This document shows positions 37,307-48,582 of a stretch of 64,000 bases of DNA, piece after piece (position 1 is the first letter of the stretch; each line of letters begins with the position of its first letter). The notes under the pieces were generated by a model, which was not told the DNA's origin, searched no databases, and saw nothing but the letters and a program-made list of their open reading frames with translations. Source of the DNA: Glaucostegus cemiculus (taxonomy: Eukaryota); NCBI GenBank assembly GCA_976551045.1, contig CDPCPM010000023.1:8184001-8248000 (forward strand), given 5' to 3'. Position numbers and translations under genes: made by a program.

Positions 37307-40174
37307 ACTGAGAGTAGAAACCCTGACTCAGAGGTTCATTCATCTCCAGAGCCAATTTGAGGGCAATTCCAGTGCCCCTTGTGATTTACCCAAGTTCAGA
37401 CCCTCAATGCTAGTACCTTCAGCAAGAGAAATCTCTAGCCTCAGCATTCAGTATTTTCACCTTAACTTGTTCAGTTTCTTCCCCCAATTTTGATTCATTT
37501 TGTTTAGGTGCAGATCTAAATTGTTTCCTAAACTCCAGAGATGTGTATGGATGTACTTAATTTAGAATGAAGTAATTTGGCAGGAAGATTGGAGATCTTG
37601 GTGAATGGTGGAGAGGGCTAGAGTGACGTTCATGCTCCTATTCTTGAAATATTATATCCTTTGTCCTTTAACTTAAATGGTCCTTTTATGCAACCTAAAA
37701 GAACCATTTCCGTTTTGCTTAAGGTGAGCATAGGGAACAGAGAAAGGATCCATTCTAATCTATAGCAGTTATTTGCAGGACTCTGTAATTTATGCATAAT
37801 GCCGGGTAATTACTTTACCAGTGGAGCTCCAATTGCATTATCCCGTCCAAGGTGTCCTCACATTTCCATTGTGCAGAGAACCATGAAACCATAATTATTT
37901 TGGACAGCTGCTTGGGGCTTTGTTCCGGTATGAAGCAAAACGATGTGCAAATCCCAGAGGAGAACCTGAATACGAAGAATAATGATTCAACCTTAGAGCA
38001 CGTTATAAAGGCAGGGTCCCATCAACACAAGTCAACTGCAGAGTTTGAAGGAAAATAAATCTGTTTATTATATCACAGTCATATCACAGACTCTCAATTC
38101 AGCAGAAACTTGCTTTTAAGTAGTGCCTGTAATGTACCAAAACATTCCAAGGAACTCAGCAGGACTTTTATCAAACAGAAATGTCACCAAGAGAGCTCTC
38201 AGGTCTCGGAATGAGGTACGATTATAGTGAGACTTTAAACAGTTTCTTGAGTGGGATGAGTTAGGGAGTGGAGAGTTTTAAGGAGAAAACTGCAGAGATT
38301 TAAAGTCAAAACAGCAGAAAGCCAGGCCATCAATGATTAGGAGAGTGCTAATGGCAAGAGCTGAAGACATAGAAGTCTTAGAGCCCTGGGAGAGGCTGCA
38401 GGGGTGGGAGTTAGCAGTGGGTGGGGTGTGTCCATAAGCAGACAAATCCAACTGAGAACAAGGAAGAGGATTTGTAATCTGGCTGTGGTAGTGGCAGGAT
38501 CCAGAGGAGGTCAGTGAGCACAGACAGAATGGAGACTTGATGGTGAAAGACAAAGAGCAGAGTTGTGGGTGAGAACAAGTTTAAATAATATTAGACAATC
38601 ACAATGCAATCCAACTCCTGTTGGATTTTTTTAAATAAGTTACAAGATATCCTCTGCCAAAGGTAGTGACCTGGAAATTCTTTGTATCCTGTAACACTTT
38701 TGTATGCAACACAAATGGATTTTATCAAAAACTCAATTGTTTGTTTAGAGCCCCAGTAGCACACGCCTGGACCTTTCTCTGGGCCCACCATGTGTATGAC
38801 AGGGAAACAAAGTTTTAATTTTCTTTTTTAATTTGTTTTAATTCTCTGACACAGAATCATGCTGAGCAGGCAAAACCTGAAATCTGTGAGTGTCCAGCAC
38901 TCTTAACTAGAGGGTTACACCCTGTTGCGGTGTTGAGTTGAAGAGGGCCCAACCTTACCTGGGCTGCCATTGGGGAATCCAAGGCATCCATCTTCATCAA
39001 TGCCAATCTATTGTGATTGGTCCCACTCCAAACCTTCAATACTGATATCCTCAGAACTATCCTTCCAACTAATTGGATCCCCAAATGGTGTCTCCCAGTC
39101 CTCTTCCCAATCAAAGCCCCCCCCCTCAACCCTCCCTTCCCACCAGTCCTGTTCCCATCATCTCCTTGACTGATAGAGCCACCAGAGTTCATTTCCCCAA
39201 CTAACTCTAGCAACAGTTATCCTCCTCTCCAATACCCAGATCATCTCCCCTGCTTACTCCCTCCTTGCTCATCTCCAGGATCATCTCCCGAACCCGATCC
39301 CCACCCAGCCCCGATCACCTCACCCCATCCCGATCTTCCTGAACCCACCAAACAACCTCCTTGGCCACCACGTCTCACTCACCCCGGCAGTCATTCTCTG
39401 GCCCCGCGCCAAATCCCCCCTCTGCCAAACAACTGCCTTCCTTCACATACTTACCAGCTTACAGTGGTGGGAACTTGTAGACGGAAGATCTTTGAGCCTT
39501 GCGCATGACTTTATATTGGTACTGTGGGTCTCACCCAAAGCTGGCTCAGCCCTCTCATGCCCCTCTTTAACGTGAATTACAACTTCCAGCCATTCAACCG
39601 TGATTTGGTCCTAAATGACCAATCCAGTTCTTTGAGGATTTGGGAAGCCCCAGTAAAGCCATATGTATTGTGCCTCTCCAGTTGTCTTCAGGGCAGGCCA
39701 GGTTGGAATAACACACTCACTTTCCCTTTCAGTCCATTTGAGATTCTATGACAATCCATGGACTCAATAATTTTCCTAGCTTTAGCACATCCAGTCCCAT
39801 AATCTCTAGACCAACGTACCCCTAGAGCCTGGAGGTTTTTGCCATGGAAAGTGTCACAGCCAAGAGCAATATTATTCAAATTGATGCCTCTGTTAATTAG
39901 TACTTAAGCAATGCTGTGCTGTCTGAATTAAAGAGAGTCACTCCATCCTCTACATTCTGCTTGTTGCTTATGAACTAAATCATTCCTGAACTGCCCAACC
40001 TGAAGATACAAAGAGTTGCAACGAATTTGTAAGCTCCCCCAAATATGACCATATTATCTGTGTTAGTCATGGATAAATATCTGCCTGAACTCTGCCCTTC
40101 TTCAGAATAATGCGGTGGACCTTTCAATTCCATTTGAAAGGAAAGTTTAATGAGCAGTAGCTTTAATAACTAAA

Positions 40175-40409
40175 TGTAGCGACTCACGATATTGGGGCCT
40201 GAAACGCCGTTGGCCGTCGCGGGGAAACGCACGAGTTCCCGTGATAGCGCCGGAAGGTGGGACTTCCGGCAGGAGTATGACGTCACTTCCGCCGGCCATG
40301 TTTTTTGTAGGTCGGGATACGCGTGGCTTTTGGTGAGTTATTAAAAACGTACTCAATCGAGTCTCCGTGTCCTCGCGTTCTTCTAAGTCGCACCCTGCTG
40401 GCTGCTACA
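40175..40409 (+). repeat. 5' LTR (235 bp)
   Basis: Begins TGTAGC and ends GCTACA (6-bp terminal inverted repeat). ATTAAA at 40340-40345. Direct repeat of 44206-44441. Confidence 0.96.
40278..40304 (+). promoter_or_regulatory. LTR promoter motifs: overlapping CRE/ETS plus YY1-like site
   Basis: TGACGTCACTTCCG (reverse complement CGGAAGTGACGTCA) followed by GGCCATGTTTT. Further CCGGAAG and ACTTCCGG sites lie just upstream. Motif match only. Confidence 0.5.
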
Positions 40410-40411
40410 TT

Positions 40412-40425
40412 TGGTGACCCCGACG
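40412..40425 (+). other. Primer-binding site, tRNA-Trp type
   Basis: TGGTGACCCCGACG, 2 nt after the 5' LTR, matches the first 14 nt of the tRNA-Trp PBS (TGGTGACCCCGACGTGAT) known from avian retroviruses. Confidence 0.88.
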
Positions 40426-40432
40426 ATTCCAG

Positions 40433-41140
40433 ATGGCATCTGGAATCATGGATACTGACTCCCACAACGCCGTGGCACTCAAGCTCCCGGTTTTCTGGAC
40501 CTCGCAGCCTCAAGTCTGGTTTGAACAGGCGGAGGCCCAGTTCAGCGTCAGGGGCGTTGAAGCCGACACCACAAAGTATTACTACGTGGTCAGCGCCCTC
40601 GACCAGGACACAGCCGGTCTCATCATCGATTTCATACGCCAGCCACCGACGGAGGACAGGTACGCCCGAATCAAGGCTCTCCTCATCCGCACGTTCGGCC
40701 TTTCCCTCAGCGACCGAGCCACGAGGCTCCTCCATATGGACGGCCTAGGCGACCGCAAGCCCTCCGAGTTGATGGACGAGATGCTGGCACTCATGGACGG
40801 CCATCAGCCATGTTTCCTGTTCCGGCAGCTATTCCTCGAGCAACTCCCGGATGAAATGCGCCCCCTCGTCGCCGACGGAGATTTCAGCGACCCGCGTGCC
40901 CTCGCGGCCACAGCGGACGTCATTTGGTGCAGTCGGCGGCGAGGAGTGGCCTCCGCCTGTGTAGCGGCAGCCTCGCAGCCTCCGGCTAAGGTTCCGAAAC
41001 CCAAACCATCAGGGCCCGCAGGGGACAAAGACAAAGGCCCAGGGCAGTGGTGTTTCTACCACAAGAGGTGGGGGACGAATGTGCGCCGCTGCCAGCCGCC
41101 ACGTTCTTTCCTGGGAAACGCCGAGGCTGGCCGTCGTTAG
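40433..41140 (+). CDS. gag: Retrotransposon Gag (235 aa)
   Basis: VALKLPVFW..QPQVWFEQAEAQF N-terminus and LGDRKPSELM. C-terminal knuckle WCFYHKRWG...CQPPR, where the last Cys appears replaced by Arg. The start may be the second ATG at 40448. Confidence 0.88.
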   Translation: MASGIMDTDSHNAVALKLPVFWTSQPQVWFEQAEAQFSVRGVEADTTKYYYVVSALDQDTAGLIIDFIRQPPTEDRYARIKALLIRTFGLSLSDRATRLLHMDGLGDRKPSELMDEMLALMDGHQPCFLFRQLFLEQLPDEMRPLVADGDFSDPRALAATADVIWCSRRRGVASACVAAASQPPAKVPKPKPSGPAGDKDKGPGQWCFYHKRWGTNVRRCQPPRSFLGNAEAGRR

Positions 41141-41158
41141 TGGCTTTGACGGCTGGCC
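41113..41158 (+). other. Programmed -1 ribosomal frameshift signal (gag-pol)
   Basis: Slippery heptamer G GGA AAC at 41113-41119 in the gag frame, a 5-nt spacer, then a stem pairing 41125-41136 with 41147-41158. The protease ORF is in the -1 frame. Confidence 0.8.
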
Positions 41159-44100
41159 AGCGAGACAGCCTACTCTTCCTTTGGGACCGGCTCACTGGGC
41201 GGCGTTTACTGGTGGATACGGGGCCCGAAATCAGCGTCCTTCCCCCCTCCAACATGGATACCCGCAACGCGGTCAAAGGCCCTGAACTCACCGTTGCGAA
41301 CGGCTCTACCATCCACACCTACGGCCTGCGCACCATCCCGTTACGTTTTGGGACCAGTTCGTTTACCTGGACTTTCACTGTAGCAGCGGTATCGCAGCCA
41401 CTGCTAAGGGCGGATTTCCTGCGCGCCAACCGCTTGCTGGTCGATCTGAAGGGCCGGTGTCTGGTCCATGCTGAGACTTTCCAAAGCTACCAGCTCGGGA
41501 GGCCCGGTCACCTGCCCCCCACCTTGACTCTGTTGCACTCTCCAACAACGAGTTTGCTGAGGTGTTGGCAGAGTTTCCTTCCATTATCACCCCGCAATTC
41601 TCCGCTGCAGTCCCCAAGCACGGTGTGCAGCATTACATCACCACACAGGGACCTCCGCTACACGCCCGTGCCCACAGGCTCCCGCCCGACAAGCTCCGCC
41701 TCGTCAAGGAGGAGTTTCGCAGGATGGAGGAGTTGGGCATCATCCGCCGTTCCAACAGCCCATGGGCATCCCTGCTCCACATGGTGCCCAAAGCAACGGA
41801 GGACTGGAGACCCTGCGGAGACTACAGGAGGCTCAATGATGCCATGACTGCCGACAGGTACCCTGTGCCCCACATCCAGGACTTCACAGCGAACCTCCAT
41901 GGGGCGACCATTTTCTCTAGGATTGACCTGGTCCGGGGATACCATCAGATCCCTGTTCACCCTGACGACGTGCCCAGAACAGCCCTCATCACCCCCTTTG
42001 GGCTGTTCGAGTTCCTCCGAATGCCTTTCGGCCTAAAGAATGCCGCCCAGACTTTTCAATGGCTAATGGACTCGGTGAGCAGAGGCCTCGATTTCACTTT
42101 TGTGTACCTGGATGACATCCTGGTAGCCAGCAAGTCGCGCAAGGAGCACTCAGCCCATCTCCGTCAGCTCTGCCAGTGCCTGAGCGACCACGGGTTGGTG
42201 ATCAACTTGGTGAAGTGCCATTTCGGGCTGCGGGAGATCGACTTCTTGGGCCACAGGGTGAACCAGCATGGTGCCGCCCCGCTACCCGACAAGGTGCAGG
42301 CCGTCCTCCAATTTCCCAAGCCCTACACGGTCAAGGGCCTGCAAGAATTCGTGGGAATGGTGAACTTCTACCACCGTTTTGTGCCCGCAGCAGCACGCAT
42401 CATGTGGCCCCTGTTCGGACTCATGGCCGGCAAGGCCAAGGATGTTGTTTGGGACGCGGAGGCCTCGGCAGCTTTCAATCAGGCTAAGGAGGCACTGGCC
42501 AAGGCAACACTTCTGGTGCACCCAAGAGTCGACATCCCCACAGCGCTCACTGTCGACGCTTCCGACATGGCGGTCGGTGGGGTGTTGGAACAACTAGTTG
42601 ACGGCCAGTGGAGACTGCTCGCTTTTTTCAGCCGACATTTGCAGCCGCCAGAGGTCAGGTACAGCGTTTTTGACAGGGAGCTGCTGGCTCTTTACCTGGC
42701 TGTCCGCCATTTCCGTTATTTCCTTGAGGGGAGGTACTTTACCATCTACACGGACCACAAGCCCCTCACGTTTGCCCTGGCAAAGACCTCGGACCCATGG
42801 TCGGCTCGGCAGCAATGGCGCCTCTCCTTCATTTCGGAGTTTACCACCGACATCTGCCACATCGCTGGGAAGAGCAATGTGGTCGCCGACGCGCTGTCCC
42901 GCCCCCACATTCATTCAGCGACCACCCCAGCCACAGGCGTCGACTACACGGCGCTGGCGCAAGCGCAGCAGGCAGACGATGAGATCCCGGCATACTGCAC
43001 CGCGCTCTCGGGACTCCGGCTGGAAGATGTTCCTGTTGGCCCTACGATGATCCGGCTCCTGTGTGACACGTCTACTGGCAGACCCCGGCCGGTGGTGCCA
43101 GCAGTATGGAGACGACGGGTTTTCGACGCCCTGCATAGCCTGGCCCACCCGTCCATCAGGGCGACTATCAGGATGGTGGCAGAAAAATTCGTATGGCATG
43201 GTCTACACAAGCAGGTGGGGCACTGGGCCAGAACCTGTGTGCACTGTCAGACAGCCAAGGTCCAGCGGCACGTCAAGGCTCCCCTCCAGTATTTTCAGCC
43301 AACGCTTGGCAGGTTCCAGCACATTCATGTGGACATCGTCGGACCACTGCCAGTTTCCCGGGGTGCCAGGTACATTTTCACTGTGGTGGACCGGTTCACC
43401 AGGTGGCCAGAGGCAGTGCCGCTGGCAGACATGTCCACCGCGTCCTGTGCCAGAGCCCTCATTGCCCACTGGATTGCCCGGTTTGGCCTCCCGGCGGACA
43501 TTACCTCCGACCGAGGGGCGCAGTTCACGTCCGGCTTGTGGATGGCACTGGCGCAGCTCCTGGGTTCCCACCTGCATCACACCACAGCATACCACCCGCA
43601 GGCCAATGGTTTGGTGGAGCGTTTCCACCGGCACCTCAAGTCCGCCCTAATGGCTCGCATGCAGGGACCTAACTGGACAGGCGAGCTCCCCTGGGTCCTG
43701 CTGGGCATCCGTACGGCCCCCAAGGAAGATTTGGGCACCTCCTCAGCCGAGCTGGTCTACGGTTCCCCCCTCACGGTACCGGGCGAGTTTGTACCAGGGG
43801 CTCAGGATCCAGCAGGGACCCCGGCGGAAGTGTTAGCGAAGCTGCGGGCCAAGGTGGGGACCTTGGCACCGGTCCCGGCCTCCAGGCACGGCACAGCGCC
43901 TTCTTTCGTTCAGAAGGACCTCCAGGGCTGTGAGTACATTTTCATCCGCCGGGGGGCACATGGGTCGCCCTTGCAGAAGCCGTACGAAGGGCCTTTCTGG
44001 GTAGTCCGGCGCAGTGGTTCAACATATGTCGTCGAGGTTGGGGGTCATGAGCAGACTTTCACAGTGGACCGCCTGAAGCCGGCGCATCTGGACATTGCAC

Positions 44101-44210
44101 ACCCGGTCAGGGTGCCTTCGCCGCGCCGGCGGGGCAGGCCTCCCAAGCTGGGCGATTGGCGATTGATGGCCCCGCGCCTCCGCTGGGCATTTCTGGGGGG
44201 GGTGGTGTAG
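41119..44210 (+). pseudogene. pol: Pol polyprotein (PR-RT-RNase H-IN) with one frameshift at ~41499
   Basis: Protease LLVDTGPEISVLP; RT WRPCGDYRRLN, MPFGLKNA, YLDD; RNase H TVDAS, RELLA, TDHKPL, VADALSR; integrase H-x3-H...C-x2-C, HVDIVG, SDRG, VERFH and a GPF motif. An apparent 1-nt loss at CTCGGGAG separates PR from the 882-codon ORF 41562-44210. Confidence 0.95.
44195..44205 (+). other. Polypurine tract
   Basis: GGGGGGGGTGG directly before the TG of the 3' LTR. Confidence 0.85.
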
Positions 44211-44441
44211 CGACTCATGATATCGGGGCCTAAAACGCAGTCAGCCGTCGCGGGGAGACGTGCGAGTTCCCGCGATAGCGCCGGAAGGCGGGACTTCCGG
44301 TGGGAGTATGATGTCACTTCCGCCGGCCATGTTTTTTGTAGTTTGGGATATGCGCGGCTTTTGGTGAGTTATTAAAAATGTGCTCGATCGAGTCTCCGTG
44401 TCCTCGTGTTTTTTCTAAGTCGCACCCTGCTGGCTGCTACA
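44206..44441 (+). repeat. 3' LTR (236 bp)
   Basis: TGTAGC...GCTACA. About 23 substitutions and 1 indel versus the 5' LTR by manual alignment. Confidence 0.96.
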
Positions 44442-44810
44442 TAAGGAACTTTTCACCCTGGGACAACCCTACTCTCAGCTCTATCTTCTTCTGATATCAG
44501 GGGCTATGTTTTGGGTACAGATCTAAGCCCTTGAACATGTTGGAAACAAGTAGTGTAACAGGTGGTATACCACAGGGATTGGCGCTTGGGGCCTTTGTTG
44601 ATTGTAATGTATATAAGTGATTCAGATGAGAACATAAGGGGTATGATTAGTGAGTTGCAGATGACACAACAATTGGTGGAGTCATATAAAATGAAGAAGG
44701 TTTGTTTAAAGATTCAGCAGGACCGAGAGCAGCTGGAAAGTTGGGTGGAGTGGTGGCAGATGGATTTTAATCCGGGCAAGTGTGAGGCAATGCACTTTGG
44801 GAGGTCAAAT

Positions 44811-46170
44811 TCAGAATCAGGTTTAATATCACTGACTTATGTGTCATGAAATATGTTGTTTTGCAGCAGCAGTGCAATGCAAAGGCATAAAAATGACCAT
44901 AAATTTAAAAATAAATAAATGTTAGGGTGGCACGATAGCGTAGCGGTTAGCGCGACGCTGTTACAGCGCCAGCGATCGGGGTTCGATTCCCGTCGCTGTC
45001 TGTAAGGAGTTTGTACATTCTCCCATGTCTGCGTGGGTTTCCTCCGGGCGCTCCGGTTTCCTCCCACGTTCTGAAAGACGTACAGGTAGGTTAGTTTTGG
45101 GGTTTAAAATGGGCGGCGTGGACTCGGAGGGCCAAAAGGGCCTGTTACCACGCTGTAAATAAATAATTTTTTAAAAATTGCAGAGAAAGGAATAATGAAG
45201 TAGTGTTCAAGGGTTCAGGGACTGTTCAGAAATCTGATGGCAGAGGGGAAGAAGCTGTTCCTAATTAATTGAGTGTGGGTCTTCAGGTTCCTGCACCTCC
45301 TCCCCGATGGTAGTAATGAGAAGAGGGCATGCTTCTGATAGTGAGGGTCCATAGTGATGGACGCGACCTTCTTGAGGGACCACCTCTTGAAGATGTCCTC
45401 AGTGGTGGGAAAGGTTGTGCCTGTGGTGGAGCTGGCTGAGTCTACAATCCTCTACAGCCTGTTGCGATCCTGTGCATTGGAGCCTCCAAACCAGGCTGTG
45501 ATGTAACCAGTCAGAATGTTCTCACTGTACATCTATAGAAATTTGCAAGAATCTTTGGTGACACACCAGATCTCCTCAAAATCCTAATGAAGTAGACCCT
45601 CTGACATGCCTTCTTTGTGATTGCATCAATGTGTTGGGAGCAGGATAGATCCTCTGAGATGTTGACACCCAGGAACTTGAAGCTACTCCTCTTTTCCACC
45701 GCTGACCGCTCAATGAGGACCGGTGTGTGTTCTCCCAACTTCTCCTACTGAAGCCCACAATCAGTTCCTTGGTCTTGCTGACGTTGAGTGTGAGGTCATT
45801 GTTGCAGCACCACTCAACCAGCTGAACTGTCTCACTCCTTTACGCCTCCTCATTGCCATCTGAGATTTTACCAACAACAGTGGTGTTAGCTGCAGATCTA
45901 TAGATGGTGTTTGGGCCATGTTTAGCCACACAGTCATGAGTGTAGAGAGAGTAGAGCAGTGGGTTAAGCATGTATTCTTTGAGGTGCGCCTGTGTTGATT
46001 GTCAGTGAGGAGGAGATGTTATTACCGATCTGCACTGACTGGTCTCCTGATGAGGAAGTCGAGGATCCAGTTGCAGAGGGAGGTACGGGGGCCCAGGTTT
46101 TGAACGTTGATTAATACTGAGGGCATGATGATGTTGAAAGCTGAGTTGTTATCGATAACCAGCAGCCTGA
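44811..46170 (-). mobile_element. Rex1/Babar-like LINE fragment inserted into CR1
   Basis: Minus-strand RT relics ([23 protein letters not shown]...KKACQRVYF, NFYRCTV) and a CTGATTCTGA tail at 44811-44820. Confidence 0.85.
44925..45166 (+). mobile_element. Young tRNA-derived V-SINE inserted in the LINE 3' UTR
   Basis: A box TAGCGTAGCGG, B box GGTTCGATTCC (44980-44990), CpG-rich head, V-domain, tail GGGCCTGTTACCACGCTG(TAAA)n. Confidence 0.9.
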
Positions 46171-48364
46171 TGTATGTTTTGTTGGTAGGATATATAGGCT
46201 AAATGGCAGGGACCTTAGGAGCATTGAAATACAGAGAGACCTTGGGATACTAGTTCTCTGAAAGTAGCAACACAAGTGGATAGGGTAGTTAAAAAGGCAT
46301 TGGTTTGCTTGCCTTCATTAGGCTGTGGCATTGAGTATAAGAGTTGGGATGTCATGCTGCAGATGTACAAAACACTGGCTAGACTACACTTAGAGTATTG
46401 TGTAGTGTTCTGATCACCACACTACAGGAAGGATGTGGTAGCAATTGAGAATATGAAGAGGAGATTCACCAGGATGTTTCCTGGAATGGAAGGCTGTAGT
46501 TATGAGGAGAGATTGGATAGGTTGGGTTTATTCTCAAGAGACTGAGGGGTGACCTCTATGTTTATAAAATTATGAGAGGCATTAATAGGATAGGTAGTCT
46601 TTCTTCCCAGAACAGGGAAGTGTAGAATGAGAGGCACAGGTTTCATGTGAGAGGGGAGAAATTTAGAGATCTGAGGGGTAAGTTTTTCCACACAGAGAGT
46701 GGTGAATATCTGGAACGAGCTGAGGATGTAATGGAGCCAGATACAATTGCAGCGTTCAAAGGGCGATTGGACAAGGACTTGGGCCAAATGGGATTAGCGT
46801 AGATTGGCATCACAATCAGCATAGATGAGGAGAGCAGTAAGGGTCCCTTTCTGTGCTGTACATTTCTACAGTTACTCCAGGCAGAAGTGAGGTAGTTCTC
46901 ATATCTTTGGGCCCTTCCCATATCTCTGGGGTTCACCCTGTCACATCACTTCCGCTGAGAATTTAGGATTGGGTTTTTCAAGTTTTGTTAGTTGCTTAAA
47001 AAGTGTAGTCGGACATTGGCTTCTCATTAGGTGTGACCAACATTCCATTATTTACAATAATTGCAGTTATCTCAGGGAATCCTTCACTATCTACGGAGTC
47101 AGGACAACGTTTGTGGTTAGGGCAATACTCAATTTACACAGAAATTTAATGTCGTTCTCATGGTGACATGGAGATAATCTTCTCCTCCTCCCCCCTGCAA
47201 AATGTCCTGCAAAATGATCTCATGATGAAGTACTCTCAATGACATTCACTCCCGCCGTTCCCAAATCCTTTCATCCTCATTCTCTTCAGCCAGTCAGCCA
47301 ATCTTTGACGCTGACATTGTTTCCATTTCAACTACTAATCCTGAAAAAGTTTTCTGCAGCTCGCAACATTCTGTGGGAAAGCTTTTCCTGTGTCTGTGCT
47401 GTATCTCTTGCATTTCATCTTAAATCCATGGAGCATCAACCATTGTTAACAGTCGTGTGTGTGCTGTGTCCTGCAACATAAGTGTCTACCAATCATTTTG
47501 CACCCTGCATTGTCCTAATCGAAAAAGCCACTATATTTCAAATTGTTCCTTGTATTTCTTCTTCCTGCTACCTGGCAGCATATTAGTGAATCTGCACTTT
47601 AACAGGTCTGAAGCCTTTTGCTTACAACTTCATTGCAAGTCATTTGTACTAAACATGCTGTGTAGTTGTGACTGGGCATTGTTCTCTGCCTCTGGAACAA
47701 AGTTCCATTGTCGTAGTGGAACTGAGTTTGGTAAGTAGAGTAGAATACACTGTCACTACTACATAGTGCCACCAAATGGTGTTTCCAATCATAAGGAGCC
47801 TAAAAAGGAACGCCCGTCCCTTTAGTGAAGACTTACTAATATTTTATTTCTGCTTACTTACTCACCTCTTTGCTATTTGTGGGAAATGCTTAGTACTGAA
47901 TGACTATTGCATTCCATCAGTGTTCATAATAGGATGTTATTTAAGGCATCTGATGAGGCATTTTATCGGTACTGTTTTGGAACGTCTAAGCCAGCACCCT
48001 ACAGCACAGCCAGAGGTTTGCCTTTGAGCTTGTCCCTGCCCTTTTTTTGCATTTCACTAAGTACTTGCTGCCTATAGTATTTTTAAAAATCCTTATTATA
48101 TGTCCTGGAGTAGAACTCTGACTAAGTGCATTGTGGTATGACTAACCCTGAGCACAGCACTTGTGGGATGGTCTTTATGCGGGTCTCCTTTAAGTTTACA
48201 CTGGGTGATAAACAGCCACGCACAACGTTGTCAGTTGGCGTACAGTGCTCTTTGATGTCACTTGTGCAAAGAACATAAGTAGTAAGTGTCAGATCAGTCC
48301 ATTTCGCTGATCATCCCTTGCTTCGCCATTAGTAAGGTCATGGCTAATCTCCAACCTCATGTTA

Positions 48365-48582
48365 GTGTGCACAGGAGGACTGGGTCATATGCATAGGGCT
48401 GCAAGAGGCTGTAAAGGATTGTAGACTCAGCCAGCTCCATCATGGGCACAACCCTCCCCACCATCGAAGACATCTTCAAGAGTGTTTCAAGAAGGCGGCA
48501 TCCACCACCAAGGACCATCAACATTACGCAGAACAACAAACTTCACGTCATTTAAGTCAGTAATAATAAATCTGATTCTGAT
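48365..48582 (+). mobile_element. Rex1-like LINE internally deleted 3' fragment
   Basis: GATTGTAGACTCAGCCAGCTCCATCATGGGCACAACC...AAGAAGGCGGCATCC joined to the AATAAATCTGATTCTGAT tail. Confidence 0.7.

Larger units (their letters stand above)
40175..44441 (+). mobile_element. Full-length Ty3/Gypsy LTR retrotransposon (4267 bp), defective
   Basis: Two direct LTRs with TG...CA ends, PBS, gag, domain order PR-RT-RH-IN, PPT. Flanks TAAA / TAAG are a probable 4-bp TSD with one mismatch. Confidence 0.97.
44545..46866 (+). mobile_element. CR1 LINE fragment split by a nested insertion
   Basis: 44545-44810 reads LGPLL...WQMDFNPGKCEAMHFGRSN. It resumes at about 46185 (ATATAGGCTAAATGGCAGG...CAGAGAGACCTTGG) and runs to the 3' UTR TTTCTGTGCTGTAC. 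Confidence 0.85.

Noticed and set aside
40283-43672. Many alternative-frame and antisense ORFs within the Gypsy element
   Set aside because: They are expected by-products of GC-rich coding sequence with few stops in other frames.
41562-44210. Domesticated retrotransposon gene or endogenous retrovirus
   Set aside because: LTRs, PBS and PPT are retained, there is a frameshift after the protease, CpG-type changes hit conserved residues, and there is no env.
44925-44995. tRNA gene (A and B boxes)
   Set aside because: It continues into a V-domain and LINE-type tail and has sibling copies, so it is a SINE head.
46887-46955. TGAGGTAGT, the let-7 5' end
   Set aside because: Only 9 nt match, the rest diverges, and there is no let-7-like precursor stem. 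The same 9-mer occurs in a LINE UTR near 59474.
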